Made by a program: the position numbers and the translations under genes. From NCBI RefSeq assembly GCF_000143415.4, contig NW_003314417.1, forward strand, positions 1 through 64,000: a stretch of DNA of 64,000 bases, written 5' to 3'. A model generated the notes under the pieces. The model saw only the letters and a list, made by a program, of their open reading frames with translations, searched no databases and was not told the origin of the DNA. Below are positions 13,501 through 23,182 of the stretch, piece after piece (the stretch's first letter is position 1; each line of letters opens with the position of its first letter). This DNA is from Selaginella moellendorffii (taxonomy: Eukaryota; Plantae; Lycopodiophyta).

Positions 13501-16095
13501 AGACCCAGCTGAGCATTTCCCATGCTGCACCTGGAGCTTTCTTTGGATTCGAAAGCTCCATAGCCGTCTTCAGTTCCTCAGGCACGGGTAAATTGACCTC
13601 CCTCAGATCAATTCGATCGGCTTTGTTGAACGAAGCTAGGAAGTCACTCCAGTCCCACTCTGCTGCAGGACCAATAACAAGGGCGACTGTGAAGATGCGG
13701 ACATTCGTCGGTATCTTCTTCTTAGCCATTATCCCATGGATCTCCCGCATTTCCTTGCCTTTCAACCGAGCCTTCACCTCGTTCAAGGCCTTCCAGAACT
13801 TGTGATAGGATTCGGAGTCGTAGATCATATAGTGGACTGAAGATTCCACCTCCGCAAGTCCCACCATTAAGTCAATGATGGAGCTGACTTCGTCTGCATG
13901 AGTGATCTCCTCGTTTGTGAAGTCCATCACACAAAAGATGTTCTTGACCTGCTCATCTCCGCGGGAAACGATGCTCCTCCACCTTTGATCCTCATCCGAA
14001 TTCACGTATACCCGGTAAGGTTCTCGATAGGCCTCTGCTGCGGGGTCGAGCTGTTTCTGAAGCCGGCGGTCGACATCCCTCTTAATGAAATTTGGATACT
14101 GATCCAACTTCTCAGCTTTACTTTTCGTGGCATCCCGCAGCAGATCGATGAACTTGGGGGCCCCCTTCACGTACTCGTCGATGTCTTCATTTGACAAGTC
14201 CAGCTCTTCCATCATCTCTTGCGTGGTGTCGATGCTCACCCTCGCCACGGCCACTTGCTCGAAGATCCAATCCTTCAATAGCGCACGAGCTCTCAGAGTC
14301 GTGCACAAGTCCTCGTATGTCACAATATGGCCGGGAGTCATTTTGGTCTTGTTGAAGACTACCTCACCAAGTAGAAGAGCATTAGCCACTGTCAGAAGGT
14401 CGTCGTCGTCTAGAGACCGCGAGAAACGCAAGGCGTTGAGCTTCAAATCATTGGGCTTCCGGCCGTCCTCCACACCCATTGAGTTTAGCAACTCCCCGTC
14501 ATGGTACCTCCTTAGCACATCTACCCATTTGTCAAAAACAACTTTTGTCGCGAGTAGAATGTTATGGATGCTGAGTGTGTCATTGACCCCCAGTGTTTTC
14601 GAGAGAAGACTCGAGAATTCCTGCAATGGAAATGGCGTGAGGCCACATGCTATGCCACATGCAACGAGGCTTACCTGCCAGGCGCTAGTTGCTAGTGCAC
14701 GTCCTTGTCCTGGTTTTTGTGGCTTCTTCAGTTGAACCCAGAGCTTCCGTGTTCGTGCCAATGTCTCGTGCAGACCCGATTTGTAGCACGTTTCTTGCTT
14801 GACATTCTGCGCGTGGGAGATGTATATGATAGATCGGAGGGGCGAGTTGCCTTTTATCAGGCGGACAACTCTTGTCTTGAAGACTTTCTTCACCTCCTCG
14901 CCCACCATAATATCCACAACTATCTGTTGCATCGCCAAGCTAGAATGCTGCCCGGAGACGGCATAGAACCGGATGTTCTGATCGTCCAACACTTTCCTAT
15001 TGATCAAGTCTGGAAACCTCGTCTCGCCCTTCATTGTTCGGTAGTAGGGGATCACGTCTACGATGTCGGGTGTTACTGGACTTGCCAGCATCTTCTGCTT
15101 CAGTTTCTCCACCCACTCATCAGATACTAGCCTGTGGTTGTATTTGCTTTGGATCTCGATACGGCTCACGTCGATTGTATATACTTTGTTGGAATAGTAA
15201 CAAGTACTATTATCTGCGACGATTTTTGCTGCCTCTTCTTGCTCTTTCTGCTCTTTGCGGCTCTTCTTTTTGGTGGGTGTAGTGTTCGAACCCGAGGCAA
15301 TGGCATCACCGAGTAGCTTCTTTTTTGGAGCAGCAGAGTCGGACGTCGGCTTGAGCTTGACCACCCTTTTCTGCTTCGGGGTAGTTTCCAGATCGACCCC
15401 CTTCCCCTTCGCTTCGCAAACTGGAGGCACTCTCAACGGCTCAATGTTGGAATATAGTTTTTGAACATCGCCGTAGGTGAGGTCCGTGGATTCCATGTGA
15501 TCTTCATAGACCCGCAGCGTCTTTGAAATTGTGGGCCTCCTGGACAACCTCTCCCTAGCTCCCTCTAGGAATTCCTCATAGCCGCTGCCCCCCTCCGGGA
15601 AGCCGCTAGGATGTGCAAGGTGGATCTTGAAGGCGGACGCTGTCTCTACCACAAGTGCCAGTCCATATTCTTGCATGGAACTGCATGGAGTGTCTGTCAC
15701 TTGGATGAGGATCCCCATGCATTCTTTTCTCCCACCATCTGTGTTGTACAGCATCAGATCCTCGCCTTCCATCCCGAAAGTCCAACTGGTGAGCTCCTCC
15801 CCCTTCTCTGCATCCACATTGACAGTGGCTGGAAGAAGAACGCAATTCCTCGCCTGTTCAAAAATGCACAACAATTAGAGCTGACAGATGAAAAGCTAGC
15901 AGCTGGAAATAACGTGAGGCCACACGCCATTCACCACTGCATCAGATGTCTTGAGGCTGCATCCTAAGATGGCGTGAGGCTACACGCCATCTGTAACCGG
16001 ACTGCACTCGAGAGCCCAATCGGTGCATGCCAATGTTGCTACTGAATGGCATGTGGCCTCATGCCATTTTCTACTTGGTCTAAAAGACTTACCAT
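10520..16095 (-). CDS. D1 cargo gene, 11 exons, ~1626 aa: ParB/DndB-like domain + degenerate N6/N4 DNA-methyltransferase-like domain + disordered acidic/Pro linker + FCP1/NIF-like HAD phosphatase; one premature TAG at 12634-12636
   Basis: Exons 16093-16095, 14675-15853, 13312-14620, 13187-13261, 13059-13130, 12866-13009, 12282-12818, 12210-12224, 12053-12160, 11430-12005, 10520-11382. All introns are GT-AG with compatible phases; total 4881 nt. Motifs: FYAVSGQHS; CVVEYNCGG..AA; IVFDLNGVL, VWTS, IIDDSP.K. Confidence 0.75.
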
Positions 16096-16309
16096 TTGAA
16101 GCCGAATGGAGGCCGTGACAATCGAGGCCGGACTCGCTGGCGAATGTGCACTGTGTGTGCAGCGGATCGTAGCAGCAAGGCTACTCTGCCACTTACAGTT
16201 GGAGAGTGGTGCTGAAATCTCCCGGGACGCCAAGTGGGCTGCGTGTGGGTGGTGGAGTGGGCGGCGGAGTTGGCGGCGAAGTTACAAACTGGGTGTGTCT
16301 TGAAGTGGA

Positions 16310-16476
16310 CGCCGATGCACACGAGCGCGATGCAAGCGCGAGTGTGATGCAAGCGCGAGTGGACGCCGATGCACACGAGAAACCTGTAGAGAAGTGAGCG
16401 TGATCGCGAGTGGGAGCGCGATGCGAGCGGGAGCGCGAGTGTGATGCGAGCGCGAGCGCGAGTGTGCGAGCGCGAG
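16310..16476. repeat. CpG-rich GCGAG(C/T)G low-complexity array upstream of the cargo gene start
   Basis: Repeated GCGCGAGTGTGATGC/GCGAGC units. Confidence 0.8.
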
Positions 16477-17601
16477 TACAAAGCAAAATGCAAAACCTAA
16501 CCTCACACGTGCGAAATGTCACAACGGTTGGTAATCCCGCCACGTCATCATTCCTCGGACTTGGGCGCCACCATTAATTTCTGGATTGCCGCGCGCATGC
16601 AAGCACGCAAAATCCAAAAGAAATCCGCAACGGCATCATTCCTCGGACTGCATGCACGCGAAATCCAAAAGAAAGATCATGATTGGGATATCATTTAATA
16701 CCCTCGCTATATTTATACCATACATGATTGGATATTCCAAAGCATCTTGTATTTCCAAAAATGGCAGATGTTCAGCTAAATAAAGAAATTCTATCTGTTT
16801 CTATTTTTCTCTCAAATCAATATTATAGCATGTGGGCTCATGCAATTTTGAACCAAAGAAACCCAAAAAACGTTGGACCTAAAATATTTTGAAAAAACCC
16901 AAAAAACCCTAAACATTTTAAACCCAAAAATCCAGGCGTCCTGTGGCATTATTCCTTGAATGGCGTGTGGGCGCATGCCATTTTCAGGGCCAAATGCTGA
17001 ATGGAGAAAAATTCCCTTTCAGTGCAAATGCTGCAAAAGGCAGATGCCGAGCACAAAGGACTGTAACTACCTCACATGACACAGATAAACTTTTCTCTAT
17101 TTGGCAAAGATAAACTTTATAGCGTGTGGGCTCATGCAATTTTGAACCCAAAAAATGCACCAAAAAATTCTCGGCGTCATCTGGCATTATCTCTTGAATG
17201 GCGTGGGGCCGCATGCCATTTTCAGGGGCACATAGGAGTATATTCCTAGGATATTCTGACACGCGCGAGATTTTTTTGAGTTTTCTGGAGATCCAACCGT
17301 TAGATCGCAACTAGATTTTACAGAATGGTATACAATGTCTTTCTTGATGACCCTGCAAAGAAGCATCTCAATCGGACACCACATGAGACCACACGAGCCT
17401 TACAATGTTTCAGGGGCATTTGCCATAGATCCGACCGTTATTTTGCTCCAAGATTTCACAGTTTGGTGTGCATTGACCTTTCCATCGAAACTGCAAAGGG
17501 ACATCACAATCAGATGCGGGATCACAAGAAACTAACTTCACTAACTCTGGTTTCACCAAGATCTATTTCTGTATTTGCATGTTTATCAAGCTACTGAATT
17601 G

Positions 17602-17635
17602 CTAAACCCTAAACCCTAAACCCTAAACCCTAAAC
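17602..17635 (-). repeat. Interstitial plant telomeric repeat (TTTAGGG)x~4.8
   Basis: CTAAACC x4 followed by CTAAAC. Confidence 0.97.
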
Positions 17636-18469
17636 ATGTGGCAAATGCTGCGTGAAGAAAGATGCCCTTTCTGGGCAAATGCTGTAAGAGGCACATGCCG
17701 AGCAGATGTATCTCAGGCTAGCGAAGGGGACGAACGAAAGCTAACTATAAACATGACGGGATGCAAATAGATTACTAGGCTGGTCCTACGAAAATCAAAA
17801 ACCATAATTGAAAACATTGAAAATGCAAAAAGAAAGGTTTATAATATTTTTGAATTTTAGGCAACCAAAGGAATGTAAGTAGGGCATGTGTTTGTAAGTT
17901 TAAAAATGCCTCAACCACTTAAATTCCCAAGTAAATAAAGCTGTTTCTATTTTTGGTACAGGTAAACTTTATAGCGTGTGGGCTCATGCAATTTTGAACC
18001 CAAAAATGCACCAAAAAATGCTCGACTAGCATTATTCTTTGAATGGCGTGTGGCCTTATGTCGAGCATTATTCTTTGAATGGCGTGTGGCCTTATATTGC
18101 CATAAATGGACGTACACACACACCGTAATTATTCCTTTACACGGCGAATAATCTTGGCGCGGATCGCTGACATGGCATGGCAAAGTTCGAATCACTGACA
18201 TGGCACAGCTGGATCGAGGCAAGAACATGATGTGACAAAGTTCAACCTCCGACAGCAAAGTCTAGAAGCTACTCAGTTTGAAATTTGTCAGAGGAATCAT
18301 AAGATCTGGTTTGTCAAAGGATTTGATGTGACGTTCAAGCGTGTGTTATTTTTGAATTCTCGAACTCATTCCTAGGTCTATCATTTTTGTGCGCCGTGTT
18401 CTTGGTTCCGCTGAGCGCAGTGAGCGCTGCTTGTGTAAGCGGCGTTGTAGGCTGTGGTTTATGCGTCTA

Positions 18470-18600
18470 CGAGCGGTTGCGGCATTGCGAGCGCCATTGC
18501 GAGCGGCAGTTTATGCGAGTGGCAGTTTGTGCGAGCGGCGCTACGAGCAGTTGCGGTGTTGCGAGCGGCGCTACGAGTAGTTGCGGTGTTGTGAGCGGCA
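18470..18600 (+). repeat. 30-bp CpG-rich tandem repeat in the transposase 5' region
   Basis: GCGAGCGGCGCTACGAG(C/T)AGTTGCGGTGTT units. Confidence 0.8.
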
Positions 18601-18903
18601 CTGTCTTTGGTGTGGCTACCGCTTCCTCTTGATATTCGGCACTTGTGCTTCCTGGTATGTTCACCATGGAATGGCTTAGGACCACATTTAGAAATGGCAT
18701 GAGGCCTCATGCCATTAGTGGTACCACTAATGGCATGAGGGCTCATGCCAATTTTGTGAATGCGAAATTTCACGTGGGTGTCAATAGCATGTTTGAATAA
18801 TGGCATGTGGCCTCATGCTATTGAGGTTGTTTGGTATGTTATGATTTAGGCCATTCTCCAATCATTTTTTGTATGGTCTTAACTTCTTTTCTGCACTTTC
18901 AGA

Positions 18904-21900
18904 ATGGCCTTCAAGGTTGGGGAAAAGGTTTACATTTTGAATGGTGGGAAGAGAGTTGCAAAAGGGACCCTTGTGTCTATGGATCGGAACTTTGTTATAC
19001 ACTGTGAAAGGCTTGGGGAAGGCAATGCTGCTGTATCAGTAGAGACTGTCTTCGATGGGAATGTGGTCGCTATTGAACGAGGAGAGATGGTCGTCGGGGT
19101 AAATGTTGTTGTTGCCTTGAAAAATCTTCAGAAGAAAGCAGATTTTGGGGACAGCGCAAGTGCGACGCATGTTCCCTCCGTGGATCTTAAGAACCGTGCT
19201 ACATGGATTCAGGCAAAAGTGTTTCTAAACAACCCCGAGGGGGAGGTGGTAGCTGAGGGCTTAGCCACAGTTGTCGATCCAAGAGATGCGGTTGCTAATC
19301 AAGAATTGGGCTGGGATGATATTGGAGTTGCGATTTTAGAGGTTGTTGACACAGAAGAAAACAGTCTGACTATTGGAAGCATTGTGCGGTGGAAATTGAG
19401 GCACTTAGTGTTTGAGAATGTGAAGGATTCACAATCAAACACCACTACAACTGATGACAGAACATCTCTTCATGGGAAAAGAAAGTACACCTTCCTAAAG
19501 CGCAGCCAAAGGGATCTGAGCAACGAACCGAAAAGGCAGAAAATGGCGATGGAGGTTCGAATGGTCTCGACAGTTGCTTGTTGCAAGAGGAGGTGCTGTC
19601 AACATGCTGATTGGGATGCTATTGAAGAGGAGAGAGCAAGATACAAGACATTGTCCTGGAAGGCAGCTCGCAATTTTGTGTATGAGGCATTACGGTCATC
19701 TGTTGATGCTTCAGAACATCAGGTGGGGGGCATGGTCTTCCAGAGGGGTTTGGTCTGCATGAAGGCATGGAGAATCATTTATGGAGTCCCTCGAAGCACA
19801 TTCTACAGAATCAAAACTGAGTTCGAGGAACAAAGGGTTCAACAGGCAGTCCATGGGAACGACGGTACGCACAAAACCAGGGGTCATGTTGTATATGGAG
19901 AGGCAATCTTCAAGAGGTTTGTCGAGACATGTAGCGAGCAGCAACCACATAAAACCCGCCTCTTGGAAGATGGAACACGAGACACCCAACGAGTTCTCCC
20001 TTCCATGTATACCAAGGGGGCCATATTGGAAGATGTGAATCGGGAACTCCAAAGTAATGGCTACAGGAAGCTGAGCCAATCTAGATTTAGTAGATTGTGG
20101 AGCAACAGGTTCAGGGATGTGAGTATAGGAAAGTACTCCAGCTTTTCAAAGTGTGACGAGTGCACTGCTATCAAAATGGCTTTGTCGAAGAATTCTTGCA
20201 GCGCTCAAGAGCGAGAGACGTTGGTTAGAAGGCCGCTCGACCACAACATCGAGCAGAGAAGCTGCAGGACTGCATATTATCATAACAGGATTCTCTCCAT
20301 GGAGAGACCTGACTCTTACCTCTGCATCATCCACGACAAAATGGACCAGAAAAAAACGTGCTTACCTCGACTCAATCCTGCCCCCAAGGCAATCTCTTCA
20401 TCCATGCAGCTGCCTGTGTCTCTGTTTGGCATAATCGCTCATGGGCATGGTGCCCAGAACTATGGGAACTTCTTTGTACCTTTATGGGGTGGCGGGGGTG
20501 CAAACATGATGATTGCGTCCCTAGCAAAACACTTAAGGTCTCTGCAAAGTGCGCAGACTGAGCTGAACGGCCAACCCTTGCATAAGGCCCTTGTCGATCG
20601 AACCCCATACAGGGTTCAGCTGGAGGAGGAGCAAAGGCTTGCAGTATCGCGTGGGGCCCCATGCCATCCCAGTGAATATGTTGGCCGTCAGATTGTAGGG
20701 TTATCACGTGAGGCCTCATGCCATTCCGACGAGGCTGGTCGCCCGGTGAATGCACAGCCTCATCCAAACGAAGCAGAATCTCAAGGAAGTTCTTGCGGCC
20801 GATGTGGCCTTCCACCCCATCTTCTGCTCCAAACAGACAATGCTGGCAGTGAGAACAAAAACATGTACGTCTTCGCGTACTTGGCGATGCTTGTTGCCAA
20901 AGACATATTTGAAATGGTTACACTTGGCTTTCTCATGGTTGGGCACACTCATGAAGACGTCGATGCCATGTTCAGTCACCTGGCAGAGTCCCTCCGGCGA
21001 TCCAATGTCCTCACCCTCCCACAACTCTACGATGAATTCCAAAATTGCATCAAAGGCACTGTTGAAGCTGCACTTCTGACAGAGGTTCCAGACTTTAAGG
21101 GGTTTGTAAGAGGCTACATCAGGGATGGATCCGAAACGCTGATTGGCCACTCCAAGCCTCTTCAGTTTCATTTCAGCATGTGTGACGGTGCTCCAGTGAT
21201 GAGGTACAAGATGAGAGAATGGGACACAGTGTGGCTGCCAGTGGACGGCATTGAACTCTTCAAGAGAGATCCCATAACTGGGGAACCTATGATTCCTCAG
21301 GGTTCCCCACGGCCGATGCACCCGGATGGACTCAAAGACCAGGAAAGTATAGTGGCCGGGATTAGACAGCATATTGCCTTCTGGAAGAGGGGGTTGGTGT
21401 TTGGTGGAGAATCCTATTTTCAGAGGTGCAAGCCTTTGCTCGAATACTGGGAGAAGATTATATCTGCTATCCAAAATGGGCCGGTTGTATATGAAGAATT
21501 GGAAGAGTCCTTTTGGCCAGAACCCAGAGCACCAGATAGTAGCGGAACAATGTCCTCTGGAAATGCAGTGACAGATAACGATGTTGAGGATCACTATTGT
21601 GGGCCGAGGAACAAGAAGCCGGATTCAGCATTCAATCCAGTACAGGTCTGCAAAGGAATGGTCGTGCTTGTCAGACCCAGTAATAAAAAACAAATGATAT
21701 GGGTGGGGCGCTGCATCACTGATGCAGAGGAGGACGCGGAAACTAACTCCTTCAATGTAACTGTGGAGTGGTTCAAGCCAAGTTCCGGATATACGAAGGA
21801 TTGCCTAGAAAAGAGATGGGTGCTGAATCCAAGGGATCCCAGCATGAGCATATCAGTGGATAATGTTGTGCATGGTTGGATGCGGAAGCAGAGTGCCACC

Positions 21901-21972
21901 ATCACCTTGCCAGACCATGCAAGAGATGCAGCAAGAGCATTCATAACTCGGGTTCAAGGTGAGATTCATTAA
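18904..21972 (+). CDS. Sola-like DDD transposase, 1022 aa, intact
   Basis: CC..CC and KCDEC Cys motifs; CIIHDKMDQ, QTDNAGSENKN, FLMVGHTHEDVDAMFS triad; probable 5'-UTR intron 18655-18902. Confidence 0.88.
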   Translation: MAFKVGEKVYILNGGKRVAKGTLVSMDRNFVIHCERLGEGNAAVSVETVFDGNVVAIERGEMVVGVNVVVALKNLQKKADFGDSASATHVPSVDLKNRATWIQAKVFLNNPEGEVVAEGLATVVDPRDAVANQELGWDDIGVAILEVVDTEENSLTIGSIVRWKLRHLVFENVKDSQSNTTTTDDRTSLHGKRKYTFLKRSQRDLSNEPKRQKMAMEVRMVSTVACCKRRCCQHADWDAIEEERARYKTLSWKAARNFVYEALRSSVDASEHQVGGMVFQRGLVCMKAWRIIYGVPRSTFYRIKTEFEEQRVQQAVHGNDGTHKTRGHVVYGEAIFKRFVETCSEQQPHKTRLLEDGTRDTQRVLPSMYTKGAILEDVNRELQSNGYRKLSQSRFSRLWSNRFRDVSIGKYSSFSKCDECTAIKMALSKNSCSAQERETLVRRPLDHNIEQRSCRTAYYHNRILSMERPDSYLCIIHDKMDQKKTCLPRLNPAPKAISSSMQLPVSLFGIIAHGHGAQNYGNFFVPLWGGGGANMMIASLAKHLRSLQSAQTELNGQPLHKALVDRTPYRVQLEEEQRLAVSRGAPCHPSEYVGRQIVGLSREASCHSDEAGRPVNAQPHPNEAESQGSSCGRCGLPPHLLLQTDNAGSENKNMYVFAYLAMLVAKDIFEMVTLGFLMVGHTHEDVDAMFSHLAESLRRSNVLTLPQLYDEFQNCIKGTVEAALLTEVPDFKGFVRGYIRDGSETLIGHSKPLQFHFSMCDGAPVMRYKMREWDTVWLPVDGIELFKRDPITGEPMIPQGSPRPMHPDGLKDQESIVAGIRQHIAFWKRGLVFGGESYFQRCKPLLEYWEKIISAIQNGPVVYEELEESFWPEPRAPDSSGTMSSGNAVTDNDVEDHYCGPRNKKPDSAFNPVQVCKGMVVLVRPSNKKQMIWVGRCITDAEEDAETNSFNVTVEWFKPSSGYTKDCLEKRWVLNPRDPSMSISVDNVVHGWMRKQSATITLPDHARDAARAFITRVQGEIH

Positions 21973-22260
21973 TATTCCTTTACAAAGTTTCTAATGTATT
22001 TTATTTCAAGGTGAACAATCCGAATCTAAATCAGAGGAGGCTTGATATAGTGTGTGAGGTAAAACAAAGATGATGTGACATATGCATTTACCAATCACAC
22101 GTGCATAAATCTAATAATATGGCGTGTGGCCCATATTAATGGCACATAAACCCATATTGTGGGCTTACGTGCTTTATGTACCATCATTCCCTTGCAGTGT
22201 GTGTGTTGGTTTCCTTTTATAACACAACGAACTCCATATTTTAGGGTGAAGAGCGTTCTC

Positions 22261-22518
22261 ATGGCAAGCACAAAATCTGTAAGTGAGGCAGAAAAGGAGA
22301 CGGAGAAGGAGATAGGTGAAGATGTAGAATATATAAGTCTTCCAAACTCCCCGTACTATACTCCAGGTGATCATTTTTCTGAACAAACGGCAACATTAAC
22401 AACTATCGAGAACGCCCCAGTAACGTCAGAGACAACAATCCAAAGCAAAACAACTGACCCGGAGAAGGATGATAGTACCGCTGAGAGTACCAAAAAGGAG
22501 GTGTCCACTAGCGCTTAG
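22261..22518 (+). CDS. Possible small acidic Ser/Thr-rich third ORF of D1
   Basis: ATG at 22261 and codon-like composition; possible palindrome-containing intron 22501-22585; no recognisable motif. Confidence 0.25.
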   Translation: MASTKSVSEAEKETEKEIGEDVEYISLPNSPYYTPGDHFSEQTATLTTIENAPVTSETTIQSKTTDPEKDDSTAESTKKEVSTSA

Positions 22519-23154
22519 GCTTATAATGGCGTGTGCCCTCATGCCATTTACTTGATCACCAAATACCTTTTTCCCTTTGCACTAGTATATCTTAATACCG
22601 GTCTGAGAAATAGAATGGCATGTGCCCTCAGGCCTTTTACTAAATCACCTTTGAAAGAAATGCAAGCCTCTATGTCGTAAAAAAAAGGTACTAGAGAAAT
22701 TCCTTAATAATATGAATGTTATTTAGTTTCATGAAAATACACTAAGGGTCAAATGAGTTAAATGACTTCTCCAGACTAGCAATGCCTCTTGCTACACCTT
22801 CACAATTAGATTCGTTAGAAAAAGATAACATTGAATAATATCTAAATGTTCTCACCATTAAGTTATATGTCTGGCTAATAGGAATGATGTTCATCTTGGA
22901 AAGCTCACCACACGCTCAATGAACAAACAAATAGTGTGTGCGCGCATGCCATCGCTCTTCTTTAGCTTCAGATTCGGCTTGTTCACCTTGACAATGAGAT
23001 TTATTATACAACTAGATGGACTCAGTCTGGACATAAGGTCACCGCGCTAGTCACCATGCCCCAGATATGTCTAGCCCCTGGACAAAAAACATATAATTTC
23101 ACGTCATTTTCAAATACTTGAAAATTTGTACCTAGTCCCATTTTACTGAATAAA

Positions 23155-23178
23155 TCCCACTTTAACGAAATAGAGCTT
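23155..23178 (-). repeat. D1 right TIR
   Basis: TCCCACTTTAACGAAATAGAGCTT. Confidence 0.97.
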
Positions 23179-23182
23179 TCAA

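Larger units (their letters stand above)
10183..22952. repeat. Dispersed 22-bp palindrome ATGGCRTG-N6-CAYGCCAT, ~25 copies across D1
   Basis: Copies start at 10464, 11541, 11616, 12828, 13019, 13160, 14632, 15909, 15969, 16046, 16825, 16960, 17119, 17198, 17971, 18043, 18079, 18694, 18730, 18800, 20646, 20703, 22119, 22526, 22615 and 22931 (some degenerate). Confidence 0.93.
10089..23178 (+). mobile_element. Element D1: 13,090-bp cut-and-paste DNA transposon, Sola(1)-like, with cargo gene
   Basis: Perfect 24-bp TIRs AAGCTCTATTTCGTTAAAGTGGGA and 4-bp TSD TCAA (10085-10088, 23179-23182). It interrupts the B1 RT exactly where B2 reads TTGCTCAACAAG. Superfamily call rests on TSD length and transposase motifs. 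Confidence 0.93.

Noticed and set aside
13295-15874. Bacterial or phage contamination (ParB-like ORF), or a stand-alone 859-aa gene
   Set aside because: Has spliceosomal introns, occurs in two TE copies and splices onward to the FCP1 exon
17602-17635. Chromosome end
   Set aside because: Only 34 bp and internal to a TSD-flanked transposon
15909-18821. CRISPR-like array of palindromes
   Set aside because: Irregular spacing, eukaryotic context, no cas genes
10089-23178. CACTA, Mutator, hAT or piggyBac/Kolobok classification
   Set aside because: The 4-bp non-TTAA TSD, AAGC termini and DN..ENKN/GHTHEDVD motifs fit Sola better
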